A DNA stretch of 64,000 bases from an uncultured bacterium (GTDB lineage Bacteria; JAGOEH01). The notes below the pieces were generated by a model. The model did no database searches. It saw only the letters and a program-made list of their open reading frames with translations, and was not told where the DNA came from. Every line of letters starts with the position of its first letter. Position 1 is the first letter of the stretch. This document shows positions 1 to 9,725 of this stretch, in pieces. The stretch covers positions 1 through 64,000 of the forward strand of contig CAZWDO010000015.1 in assembly GCA_964632485.1 (NCBI GenBank). The letters are read 5' to 3'. The translations under genes were made by a program, and so were the position numbers.

Positions 1-635
1 GCCCGGCGTAGCCCGGGAAACCGCCAGAGCGGCTCGCTCCGCCCGGCTCGAAATAGGCCACGGTGCGCGTGCGGCAGTTGAAATGATAGGGCGGCATCCC
101 CGGCTCCGCCGCCGAATTCGCCCCATTTTTTATAATAAGACTGGAAAAATTCAGATGCGTGCTGGTGAAGCATGTCGATGGCTTTTTTGTCCGCATCATT
201 GAAACTGAAATCGAGCGGGGGAAGTTCCGCTTCATTTTCTCCAACATTGTCTGAATCTGATTTAAGGAGCGATTTGACTGCGGAGCGTTTGCCGTACGCC
301 CAGGCGCGATTAAAGAAGGCGCCGAGGTCGATCTCCGTAGCGGCGAGGAACTGGCCTTGCATGACAGCATTGAACAGTTTGACGATTTTGCGCTTAAATT
401 GGGCGTTGGTGGCGCCTAATTGTCGGAAAGAGAGTTCATCGACCGCGGCGCTTTGGAAGTCCGCCATGGCGGATTTGAGTCGGCGCGTCAGCGTGCGCGC
501 GAGGAGTTCCTCCAGCGCGGACGGCGGCAAGATGCCGTTCAGCGCCTTGCGCGCCGCGCTTCCCAATTTCTCCGATAAATAAATGAAAATCTTCAATCGC
601 TTTTCAATAACTGGATGAATTTGTCCAAAAAGCAA
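1..635 (-). pseudogene. Phage head morphogenesis protein (Mu gpF / SPP1 gp7, MuF family) fragment, internally deleted and frameshifted; runs off window edge
   Basis: Not in ORF track. Minus-strand frame from TTG 635 (GGAG upstream) reads ...FFNRAWAYGKRSA...LDFSFNDADKKAIDMLHQHASEFF...; a different frame at 100-50 reads GMPPYHFNCRTRTVAYF, the MuF C-terminal PPxHxNCR motif. Region visibly GC-richer than the rest of the window. Confidence 0.7.
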
Positions 636-1113
636 CGTATGGAACTCCGCTCAGATATTGAAAAGCTGTTGGTGAAAATTGCAGCTCCCCCCTTATCAGT
701 CCCGAAACCCAACCCGAAGATGTGAAAAAGTTTAACATGAAACCCTTTGCCATCATTCGCATCAATGAAAATATCCCCTCAAGGGTACTATAGCCCGATA
801 AATTTAATAGAGCCCGACGGCCCCGTTAACCTCCTTTCTCTTTTTGGTTCGTCTCGACTTGATGAATTGCTTCCCGTTATCGTTATTCTATCGGCGCGCC
901 AGCCAATAAATTTAATTAAAAACATACTGCCGATCGCCGCGTTTAACGGTATTTAATTTTTTTGGATTCTAATCGTCCTATCCTTTACGTTCGAAATTTT
1001 TTTATTTAAAATTGTCTTCTACCAACCAATATGTCAGTATCTTATTGAATTTTTCTGTCAGTATTTCGATAATCATTAGTCCTTTTTCTGCCGGGTCTCT
1101 TGTATTTTTTTTA

Positions 1114-1141
1114 TTGACTTTACTAAAAAATTGACTATATT
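1114..1141 (+). promoter_or_regulatory. Putative sigma70 promoter for symporter operon
   Basis: TTGACT-16 nt-TATATT upstream of the AAAGGAG RBS. Confidence 0.45.
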
Positions 1142-1196
1142 TCAATTTAAACCGTTTTACGTGCGGATAACCTTTAATCCAAAGGAGTTGTGAACG

Positions 1197-1376
1197 ATGC
1201 TTGGAATCGATGGAATTGGCGTTTTTTTGGCCTTTTTGGGGTGCCTGTTGGCCACCCTGCTGTGTGTGATTTATGGGATCAAGTATTGGAATGTGCCATT
1301 ATCGGAAGAGGAAAATCTGGAAATCGATGAGGAAATTGAATGGGAAAAACATGATCCTGAATTAGGGGGTGAATGA
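1197..1376 (+). CDS. Small single-TM accessory protein of sodium:solute symporter (59 aa)
   Basis: Below ORF-track cutoff. AAAGGAG RBS; MLGIDGIGVFLAFLGCLLATLLCVIYGIKYWN followed by acidic tail; stop overlaps symporter start (ATGA). Confidence 0.85.
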   Translation: MLGIDGIGVFLAFLGCLLATLLCVIYGIKYWNVPLSEEENLEIDEEIEWEKHDPELGGE

Positions 1377-2977
1377 TGATAACAGGAATGGGAACAATTA
1401 TATTCATTGTGCTTTTCTATTTGGTTGTTACGGCTTATTTAGGTTATTTAGGTTATAAACATACGAAAACCGCCTCTGATTATTTGATTGCGGGTCGCAA
1501 AGTACATCCCATCATTATGGCTATCTCCTATGGGGCAACGTTTATCAGCACGGCAGCTATTGTAGGATTTGGTGGCGCATCGGCTGTTTTTGGAATGGGT
1601 TTGCTTTGGCTGACTTTTTTGAATATTCTGGTGGGAATTTTTATAGCGTTTATTTTTTTTGGTAAAAAAACCCGACGTATGGGTCATTTGCTTGATGCCC
1701 ACACTTTTTCCGAGTTTTTAGGTAAGCGATTCGATTCCTCTTTCTTGCAGGCAGCTTCCGGTTTGATGATTTTTTTAGCCATGCCACTCTATGCCGGATC
1801 GGTGATTATTGGCGGCGCGCAGTTTATTGCCGAAACCTTAAATGTTAATTATGAAGCGGCCTTGCTATTTTTTGTGGCGATTGTATCGATTTATGTGATT
1901 ATGGGTGGATTGAAGGGGGTTATGTACACCGACGCCTTCCAGGGGACGATTATGTTTATAGGGATGGCTATTCTGTTAGTGTTTACATATTCAATGTTAG
2001 GCGGTGTCATTAATGCCCATCGTTCCTTATCCGCCCTTACGAGTGAAGCTGTGGCAGTATTTGGCAAGGCGGGACACCAGGGATGGACAAGTATGCCGGC
2101 CATAGGATCTGTCTTTTGGTGGCAATTGGTTTCGACTATTGTGATGGGTGTTGGAATCGGCGTTTTAGCTCAGCCTCAATTGGCAGTAAGGTTCATGACG
2201 GTTAAAAGTGACCGCGAATTGCATCGCGCGGTTCTAATCGGTGGAATTTTTATTCTAATGATGACCGGCGTCGCTTTTATGGTGGGTTCTTTGTCAAATG
2301 TCTGGTTTTTCCAGACGACCGGTAAAATCTCATTTTTGGCCGCTGATAAACGGGTTGACAAGATTATTCCAATGTTCATCAATTCCTCCATGCCGACATG
2401 GTTCGGCGCCATTTTTATGGTGACCCTGCTGGCAGCGGCCATGTCAACCCTTAGCTCACAATTTCATACTTTAGGAGCCGCTTTTGGGCGTGATTTTCTG
2501 GAACAGGGACTCAAGATTAAATCCCATAATACTATTATCACTACAAAATTAGCGATGATCGTCGGCATTTTTATCAGTACTTTTATTGCTTATTTTTTAC
2601 CGAAATTTTTTGAAAAAGGATCCGCGATTATTGCGATCGGCACTTCTATTTTTTTTGGACTTTGCGCGGCGGCTTTTTTACCTTTGTTTTTCGGGGCGCT
2701 CTATTCGAAGCGCATCACAAAACAAGCCGCTATCAGCGGTTTTTTTTCCGGGTTAGCTATAAGCAGCTTTTGGCTTATCTTTGTCCATTCTAAAGAATCC
2801 AAACCCATGGGTATTTGCCAGGCAATTTTTGGTATGGACACTTTAGCTGGGGAATCAATCTGGCAACATGTTGATCCCATTATTATTGCTCTGCCATTAT
2901 CTATTATTGTCACTATCGTTGTGACTATGTTGACCAAAATAAAAAATCCAGCCTATGTTGAAAAATGCTTTAAATAA
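1373..2977 (+). CDS. Sodium:solute symporter (SSS/SLC5, PutP/PanF-like)
   Basis: 534 aa polytopic; DYLIAGR, EFLGKRF, GGLKGVMYTDAFQG, LAAAMSTLSSQ motifs. Confidence 0.93.
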   Translation: MMITGMGTIIFIVLFYLVVTAYLGYLGYKHTKTASDYLIAGRKVHPIIMAISYGATFISTAAIVGFGGASAVFGMGLLWLTFLNILVGIFIAFIFFGKKTRRMGHLLDAHTFSEFLGKRFDSSFLQAASGLMIFLAMPLYAGSVIIGGAQFIAETLNVNYEAALLFFVAIVSIYVIMGGLKGVMYTDAFQGTIMFIGMAILLVFTYSMLGGVINAHRSLSALTSEAVAVFGKAGHQGWTSMPAIGSVFWWQLVSTIVMGVGIGVLAQPQLAVRFMTVKSDRELHRAVLIGGIFILMMTGVAFMVGSLSNVWFFQTTGKISFLAADKRVDKIIPMFINSSMPTWFGAIFMVTLLAAAMSTLSSQFHTLGAAFGRDFLEQGLKIKSHNTIITTKLAMIVGIFISTFIAYFLPKFFEKGSAIIAIGTSIFFGLCAAAFLPLFFGALYSKRITKQAAISGFFSGLAISSFWLIFVHSKESKPMGICQAIFGMDTLAGESIWQHVDPIIIALPLSIIVTIVVTMLTKIKNPAYVEKCFK

Positions 2978-3071
2978 TTTCAAACTATAATTATCAATGG
3001 CATTCTCCTCACCCTGCCGTCTCGCAGGAGGAATGTAAGACACAACTTTCCCTGAGAGTAAACCAATAATA

Positions 3072-3110
3072 TTTTTTGGGGGGGGGGTAGTTTAAACTGC
3101 CCCCCCCTTT
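3072..3110. terminator. G10/C8 hairpin, probable terminator between convergent genes
   Basis: TTTTTT-G10-TAGTTTAAACTG-C8-TTT near-perfect palindrome. Confidence 0.5.
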
Positions 3111-3185
3111 AATAAGGAATCCAGTTGAAACCCGATTCATCGTAAGCGCAGATAAAGCCGGACTGATCAAAATTTCCACTTCTCA

Positions 3186-4334
3186 CTATTTGATGATTGA
3201 GTGAATTGGCGAATCGGTCTTTAAGAGTTGTCTGATCTCGGAATAGGGGATCAACACCGTGGGGGCTCCCTGCGCATAAGCGCCAATTTCATACGCATTC
3301 CAGGTAAAAACAATACCTTCCATCAACAATGAGAACTCTTTATTCAAGTAAAACCCGTTATCTCCAAAACTCCATTCCGAGAGATCGCCGTTTTCTTCGA
3401 TAAAATGAGTTTTGGCAACGCGCAGCAATTCCCCTTCAGAGCCGGTTCTGAATATATCATCAAGGGTCAGCAGTCTTCCGCTGGAGAGGTCAAAGTTGAA
3501 ATATTTATCCCAACTCATGCCATGGGCGCCCCCTGAAAAGGAATTGCCGACCATGCGGATGGACAGCAAATTTTTGTCGTTCAGGGTGATTTCGAAATAG
3601 GTCATTTCCTCGATAAAATCCTCTTCCTGCAACTGATCGATTCGGTTAACATATTCCTCGGCGGTTTTCGGCGCTGTAGTTTCATCCTGATCGCCGATCA
3701 ATTGCCGGAACAGAAAGTGGTTAATCTGATCGGCGATGACCGGTTTGGCGGTAATGATGCGCGGCATGCTCACGGCCATGAACGAACAGGGCGCGCTGGT
3801 ATCGATTTCCGAGGACTCCTCTTCCTCCTCGTCAAACCCGCCCCTAATCATGCGCCGGTCGCAGTTTTTCTTCGCGTGGTAATGGAACTCAGCCTGGACG
3901 CAGTCATCCAATGCTTCATGCAGTTTGACCGGCATCGTTTTTTTGTTGCCCGGATTTTCCCACACGCCTTCAAACACTCCCTTGCCCGTGAATTTCCCTT
4001 TGAATATCCCGGTAACCCTTGAGGTTTGCGGATCGCTTTCTTCCAATTGTATTATTCCGTTTTCTTCCAACTGGCCCCGTAACGTAATGGGTGTTCTGAT
4101 TTTATCATAGTAATAGACGCCTATGACCTGATTGTCACTTTCCTCCGATTTTAAATGTTGCATTTCGAGGGTAATCGGATATTTTTCAGCGATGAATCCT
4201 TTGAGTTTGGAATAAAATGAACCTTCGATTCCAATGGTGCTTGTTCCAAATTGCGCATGAAGCATAACCGGCAACATGATGATCATTAATACCCAGACAA
4301 ATAAAATCCCTTTGATGGGTGGACATTTTGCCAT
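3186..4334 (-). CDS. Secreted DUF3298/DUF4163 (RsiV/PdaC-like) protein
   Basis: Signal peptide; FSGGAHGM, YFNFDLSSGRLLTLDDIF, YEIGAYAQGAPTVLIPY motifs; AGGAGG RBS. Confidence 0.8.
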   Translation of the reverse strand: MAKCPPIKGILFVWVLMIIMLPVMLHAQFGTSTIGIEGSFYSKLKGFIAEKYPITLEMQHLKSEESDNQVIGVYYYDKIRTPITLRGQLEENGIIQLEESDPQTSRVTGIFKGKFTGKGVFEGVWENPGNKKTMPVKLHEALDDCVQAEFHYHAKKNCDRRMIRGGFDEEEEESSEIDTSAPCSFMAVSMPRIITAKPVIADQINHFLFRQLIGDQDETTAPKTAEEYVNRIDQLQEEDFIEEMTYFEITLNDKNLLSIRMVGNSFSGGAHGMSWDKYFNFDLSSGRLLTLDDIFRTGSEGELLRVAKTHFIEENGDLSEWSFGDNGFYLNKEFSLLMEGIVFTWNAYEIGAYAQGAPTVLIPYSEIRQLLKTDSPIHSIIK

Positions 4335-4510
4335 GATTAAATCCTCCTTTTTTGATGGGTAGGTAAAATATGCGTAAAACGGTTCCTTAACCTATAACAG
4401 GCTGAAACTGGTAGTAAAATTTGTTTTATATCCACAGGTTTTAATTTTTGGGTCATGAGTCGCCAAAGCAACTATGAGTGGATTGATCAGTTGATTCAGT
4501 TCCATCAGCT

Positions 4511-5311
4511 TCAATCGATCGTAAACTGTGATAAATCTCCGGCAGGTTCGGGAAATTGGGGTTTCATTTTTTCCAGTGTCTTACGTATCTGTCGAGCGAT
4601 CAAATAATTGCGGTACTTGTTGCTATTGGCGGGAACAACATACCAGGGAGCATACCGGGTTCCCGTTGCGCTTAGCGTTTGCTCAAACTGCTCTATATAT
4701 CGATCCCACAGTTCGCGTTCCTTGATATCCTCTGCATTAAATTTCCAGTTTTTTGCGGGATTTTTGAGCCGCTCTTCCAGCCTTTTTTTTTGTTCGTCTT
4801 TGGAAATATAGAGAAAAAATTTTAGTATTCGAGTTCCTGAATGGAATAATAAACGTTCAAATTCATTTATATAACGGTAGCGTTGACGGCATTCCTTATC
4901 GTCAATCCAGTCGTGAACTTTGACAATTAGCACATCTTCATAATGGGACCGGTTAAAAATTTTAATCATCCCTTTAGTCGGGGTTTCTTTGTGAATCCGC
5001 CACAAGAAATCATGAGCCAGTTCTTCGGCGTTGGGGGCTTTAAATGAAGTGACTTCGCAGCCCTGAGGATTAAGGGGCCCGAAAACCGATCGAATTGTAC
5101 CATCTTTGCCGCCCGCATCCAGCGCTTGAAATATTATAAGTAAAGATTGCCGGTTTTCAGCGTAAAGTTTGACCTGAAGATCATCAATGCGACTGATTTC
5201 AATCGCCGTTTGTTTTAAAAGTTCTTCCTTTCCTAATGATTTCGGACGCTTGAAATCAATTTTGGAAAGTTTGACTTTGTCAAAATGGTTGATTTTGATT
5301 AATCTGGCCAT
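4511..5311 (-). CDS. ppk2: Polyphosphate kinase 2 family polyP:nucleotide phosphotransferase
   Basis: QALDAGGKDG Walker A, FNRSHYEDVL, APWYVVPA motifs. Confidence 0.93.
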   Translation of the reverse strand: MARLIKINHFDKVKLSKIDFKRPKSLGKEELLKQTAIEISRIDDLQVKLYAENRQSLLIIFQALDAGGKDGTIRSVFGPLNPQGCEVTSFKAPNAEELAHDFLWRIHKETPTKGMIKIFNRSHYEDVLIVKVHDWIDDKECRQRYRYINEFERLLFHSGTRILKFFLYISKDEQKKRLEERLKNPAKNWKFNAEDIKERELWDRYIEQFEQTLSATGTRYAPWYVVPANSNKYRNYLIARQIRKTLEKMKPQFPEPAGDLSQFTID

Positions 5312-5494
5312 ACGGTTCCTTTGTTTTAATTGGCAATAGAATTATTACAATATATATTATAATCCTCTGAATTAAAATTGTCAAGTCATATTTAAAAATA
5401 ATATGAGAAATGGGTTTATATTGGTTTAAAATGAATGATCTGAGGAATTATCAAATTTTTGAGTAAAATAACCTAAAAAACAATTTTTTTTTAC

Positions 5495-5523
5495 TTGACA
5501 AAATGTGTGAATCGGGTTAAGTT
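5495..5523 (+). promoter_or_regulatory. Putative sigma70 promoter of the pspA-like operon
   Basis: TTGACA-17 nt-TAAGTT. Confidence 0.35.
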
Positions 5524-5552
5524 ATGATTAAACGATGAAAGGAGCTATTTCT

Positions 5553-6299
5553 ATGTTTAAACGTCTGGCCAATTTATTCCGTGGTTTCGTAGGATTATTT
5601 ATTTCCGGTTTGGAAAAGCAGAATCCGGAAGCGTTGATTGAGTTGGAAAAGGAGAATTTACGTACCCAGATTGCTCGTTTCAATGATAATCTGGCGACGC
5701 ATGCCGGTTTTGTAGAACGGCTGATGCGGCAAATTAAGAATCTGGAAACACAGGAACGTGAATTAACAGCTAAGGTGTCAGTGCATATAAAAGCCGGTAA
5801 TCGTAAGATCGCCGGGGAAATTGCATTGCAGTTGCAGTCTGCCAAGACCCAGCTCCAGGAAAATCGTGAACAATTGGTCCAGGGGGAAGAAACCTATAAG
5901 AAATTGATTAAAACTCGCGATATTACGGTACAAGAAGCCAAGCAAAAAATTGAGAAACTGAAAATGATGCTCTCCGAAACAAAAATTCTGGAAGCTCAGG
6001 CTGAATTACAGGAAATGGCTTCTGGAATGATCAGTGAAATCGGCGGTACCGGCGACACACTCAATCGAGTAGAGGAATACCTGGACGAACGGCGCGATAA
6101 AGCAGCCGGTCGGGCGCGCGTGGCCTCCTCCTCAATTGATATGACCGAAGTCACGATGAAAGAAGCTGAACAGGAAGCCCTGGCTGATCAAGCTTTGGCT
6201 GAATTTGAAATTGCTCACGGTTTCTCATCTCCTATAACGCCGGAATCCCCTACAACTGAAGGTCCGGCCAAGGAATTGGGACCTAAAATAACGGAATAA
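5553..6299 (+). CDS. PspA/IM30 (Vipp1/ESCRT-III-like) family protein
   Basis: N-terminal amphipathic helix MFKRLANLFRGF, E..NP motif, long coiled coil, acidic/Pro tail; start moved to ATG 5553 behind AAAGGAG RBS. Confidence 0.85.
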   Translation: MFKRLANLFRGFVGLFISGLEKQNPEALIELEKENLRTQIARFNDNLATHAGFVERLMRQIKNLETQERELTAKVSVHIKAGNRKIAGEIALQLQSAKTQLQENREQLVQGEETYKKLIKTRDITVQEAKQKIEKLKMMLSETKILEAQAELQEMASGMISEIGGTGDTLNRVEEYLDERRDKAAGRARVASSSIDMTEVTMKEAEQEALADQALAEFEIAHGFSSPITPESPTTEGPAKELGPKITE

Positions 6300-6336
6300 C
6301 AACCCTTTATTCATAATTATATTAAGGAGGACCTTT

Positions 6337-8079
6337 ATGCCCGATCAAGTTGGACCCACTAAATTGGGAAAATTTGTGATTTTTTTGTTTGTGTTGGCGT
6401 GTTTGTTAATCGCCGGGTACTATTTTCGTAGCACTCTCTTCCCAAGCCATGAGGGAACAGGCGATCAGACTATCGATATGGATGAATTCAAAAAGCAGCA
6501 GGGTGTCGAGGCGATGGACCCGAAAGGAATCACGACGGTCAGCGAATACTCTTATATCCCTTCTGACAAACTACCTCCGGTTAAAGGCGTTAGTAGTTAT
6601 AAATGGGATGAAAAAGAAAAAGTCGTAAATTTTCCGATCAATATTTGGATTGGATGGTTACCGATTGTAGCTGCCAACCATGGATTCAGACCGAATACGG
6701 AGAGCGAGTTTTATAAGAAATTCGGATTTAAAGTCAATTTAAAGATTATTGACGATCCGGTAATCGCGCGCGATGCTTTTGCATCAGGTGAAAGTCAAAT
6801 CCTTTGGGGAACAATGGATATGATGGTTCTCTTCGCTCAGGAGCTAATGAAGGATTCGCGAACGGCGCCTCGTGTTTTCCAGCAAATTGACTGGTCCAAT
6901 GGGGGAGATGGGATTGTGGTACGCAGCAGTGTTGAAAGTGTCCGCGATCTGGTTGGCAAGACGATTGTTTATGCTCAAAACAGTCCTTCGCAATATTTCA
7001 TCAACAATTTGTTGCTCAATGCGGGAATTCAACCTTCCCAGGTTAAACATAAATTTACCGCGACCGCATTCGAAGCAGCGGCGGCTTTTGTGGCTGATCC
7101 CTCTATTGATGCCTGCGTTTCATGGGCTCCCGATATTTATAATATTCCTGATAAAGTCAAAAATACCCGCATTTTAACGACCACTGCCGAAGCCAATAAA
7201 CTGATCGCCGATGTCTGGGCTGTCCGGGCCGATTTTGCCACTGATCATGCTGATATCGTCGAAGGCCTGGTAACGGGTATCTTCGAGGGAATGCGCATGT
7301 TGAAAAATGATCAGGATTTAGCTAAAACCTTTCAGTGGATGGCTGAGGGATATGGTATGACTGTGGATGATATTCAAGCCATGGTTCAGGATGCGCATAT
7401 CACTAATTTTGCTGAAAATAAGGAATTCTTCCTCAATGCCAATTCCCCGGTCAATTTTGAACGGACCTGGAAAAACATCACCTTTGTGTATAAAGAATTG
7501 GGATTAGTAGCCACACCCACTCGGTTCGATGAAATCATGGATTTTTCGATGATCAAGAAACTGGATAAAAAGGGTCTTTTCAAGGATATGATTGACGAGA
7601 ATATTGCCAGTTTCGCGCCGACCAGCTACAGCCGAGTAAACGCTGAAAAGCCGATTCTGACACAAACTATCCGCATCAATTTTTACCCCAATTCTTCTAA
7701 TCTTTTTGAACCCCAACATGATGATATTGGAAATGTATTAGCGAACACGTTTTATGATCCAAATGTCAATGCGACGATGGAAAAAGTGGCTCGTCTGGTT
7801 GGGCAGTATGATCGGGCGGTTATCGCCATTATTGGGCATACTGATGGTTCAATGCGGGGCGCGGTCCCCGAATCGGCGGTGCAGGAGCTTTCCTTAGAAC
7901 GCGCCAATTNNNNNNNNNNTCCATAATAAAATTTACAAACACCGTAGTTTAAATTTGATCCCAATAAGTTTGTGGTAGAGGGCAAAGCTTGGAACGAACC
8001 GGCTGATCCGCAGGACCCTGATAATCATGCCATGAATCGTCGCGTGGAAATTTCGGTTTACGCTCCGGAAAGCAAATAA
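6337..8079 (+). CDS. Membrane-anchored ABC solute-binding protein (NMT1/SsuA-like) fused to C-terminal OmpA peptidoglycan-binding domain; interrupted by assembly gap
   Basis: N-terminal TM; IWIGWLP, DWSNGGDGIV, LIADVW SBP motifs; OmpA motifs GHTD and LSLERAN before gap, and FVVEGKAW...NRRVEISVY* in the same frame after it (7948-8079). Confidence 0.85.
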
Positions 8080-8091
8080 CAAAGGGTGGTT

Positions 8092-8898
8092 ATGTTTCGA
8101 AATTTGTTACGTATCCGTTATCATATTCCCCGTTTGGAACAGATTGTACTGGGCTTCGTTCCCATTTTAACGATTCTTCTGCTTTGGTTTTTTAGCACAC
8201 TGGGTGAAGCCGAGGTTCGCTGGGTTTCACCCACGATTTTACCATCGCCAATTGAAGTCATTCGTTCGTTTCCTTCTCTATGGTTTCAGTCGGAACTGAG
8301 CCGTAGCGTTATTCTTAGTTTTACGAGAGTAATCACCGGATTTTTAGTAAGTTTATCAGTCGCATTTCCTTTAGGAATATTGATGGGCAGTTTCACTCGT
8401 GTTCGGGCCTTATTTGATTCATTGGCTACCTTTGGTGCCTATTTGCCGATTCCCGCTCTGGTTCCTCTGACCATGAGTATTTTTGGTATTGGTGAACTCC
8501 AGAAAATTATGTTCCTGGCGCTCGCTTTTTTTGTGTATTTGCTACCTCTTTTTGTCAAAGCTGTCGATGAAGTGGATAATGTTTACCTACAAACTGCCTA
8601 TTCTCTCGGAGCGCGCAAATGGCAAGTCGTCCGCCATATTCTCTTAGGAATTTCATTTCCACAACTTTATCATGCCATTCGATTGGGTTTTGGTATCGGC
8701 TGGACCTATATTATTATCGCTGAAATGGTGGCGGCGGATCGGGGACTGGGATACATCATCACCATTGCCCAACGCCGGGGTCCGCGTGAACATATTTATT
8801 TAGTGTTAGTTGTCATTGTAGTGATCGCTTTTGTAACGGATCGTATCCTCGTTAAATTAGGAGAAATCCTGTTTCCCTATCAGGAGCAAAAGTCATGA
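8092..8898 (+). CDS. ABC transporter permease (NitT/TauC/SsuC type)
   Basis: ILPSP, TM helices, EAA loop [22 protein letters not shown]. Confidence 0.92.
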   Translation: MFRNLLRIRYHIPRLEQIVLGFVPILTILLLWFFSTLGEAEVRWVSPTILPSPIEVIRSFPSLWFQSELSRSVILSFTRVITGFLVSLSVAFPLGILMGSFTRVRALFDSLATFGAYLPIPALVPLTMSIFGIGELQKIMFLALAFFVYLLPLFVKAVDEVDNVYLQTAYSLGARKWQVVRHILLGISFPQLYHAIRLGFGIGWTYIIIAEMVAADRGLGYIITIAQRRGPREHIYLVLVVIVVIAFVTDRILVKLGEILFPYQEQKS

Positions 8899-9722
8899 AC
8901 TTTCCTGCAGTCGTTGAATTTAAAAATGTTTCTAAAATTTTCAATCCGGGTACTCCCTATGAATACAAAGCCTTGGAGAATTTAAATTTTCGTGTTGACG
9001 ATCTGCCTAAGGTAGGGGAGTTCATAGCAGTATTGGGGCCTTCCGGTTGTGGAAAATCTACGATGTTGAACCTATTGGCCGGATTTCAGGAAGTTTTTCC
9101 ACCTACATCCGGTGAAATTTTAGTGAGAGAAATTCCGGTGACGGGACCCGGCAAAGATCGGGCGATGATTTTTCAGAAATACAGTTCGTTCCCCCAGATG
9201 TCGGTTTTAAAGAACGTTCGGTTTGGTTTGGATATTAACCGGAAGGAAAATGGATTTAGCGATCAGAAAATTGATGAGATTGCCCGGGATTGGATTCGCC
9301 GAGTCGGTTTGTCCGGGCATGAAAACAAATATCCCCATCAACTGTCCGGCGGCCAGCAACAACGGGTAGCCATCGCGCGAACGCTGGCGATACGGCCGCG
9401 TATTATTCTGATGGATGAACCTTTTTCCGCCTTGGATGAACCCACTCGGATCGAAATGCAACGGCTGATAACCGAACTTTGGATGCAGGAAGAAGCGACG
9501 GTTTTTATTGTCACTCATTCTATTATAGAAGCTGTTTATCTGGGTGACCGAATATGGTTATTTACCCCGGCGCCCGGTAAAATCGGACAATCTTTCGACC
9601 AGATTCCTAAATACTCCACCGAAATCCCCGCTTTTGATGTCCAAAAAGATTCACAATTCCTGCAAATTGTCGATGAAGTTTCTCACTCCTTTCATGAAAT
9701 TGAACAAGGGAAAGGGAAATAA
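8895..9722 (+). CDS. ABC transporter ATP-binding protein (NitT/TauB/SsuB type)
   Basis: [31 protein letters not shown]. Confidence 0.95.
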   Translation: MNFPAVVEFKNVSKIFNPGTPYEYKALENLNFRVDDLPKVGEFIAVLGPSGCGKSTMLNLLAGFQEVFPPTSGEILVREIPVTGPGKDRAMIFQKYSSFPQMSVLKNVRFGLDINRKENGFSDQKIDEIARDWIRRVGLSGHENKYPHQLSGGQQQRVAIARTLAIRPRIILMDEPFSALDEPTRIEMQRLITELWMQEEATVFIVTHSIIEAVYLGDRIWLFTPAPGKIGQSFDQIPKYSTEIPAFDVQKDSQFLQIVDEVSHSFHEIEQGKGK

Positions 9723-9725
9723 TCT

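Noticed and set aside
172-582. 136-aa plus-strand ORF
   Set aside because: Ser-rich antisense shadow of the minus-strand MuF-like frame
747-956. 69-aa ORF and imperfect duplicated motif (AGCC..ATAAATTTAAT...CGTT.AAC at 792-830 and 901-948)
   Set aside because: No RBS or recognisable family; only two degenerate copies, so not a CRISPR array or a defensible att/IS end
4392-4505. 37-codon minus-strand ORF (MELNQLINPLIV...) after ppk2
   Set aside because: Short, no clear RBS or motif; could be a gene remnant but unsupported
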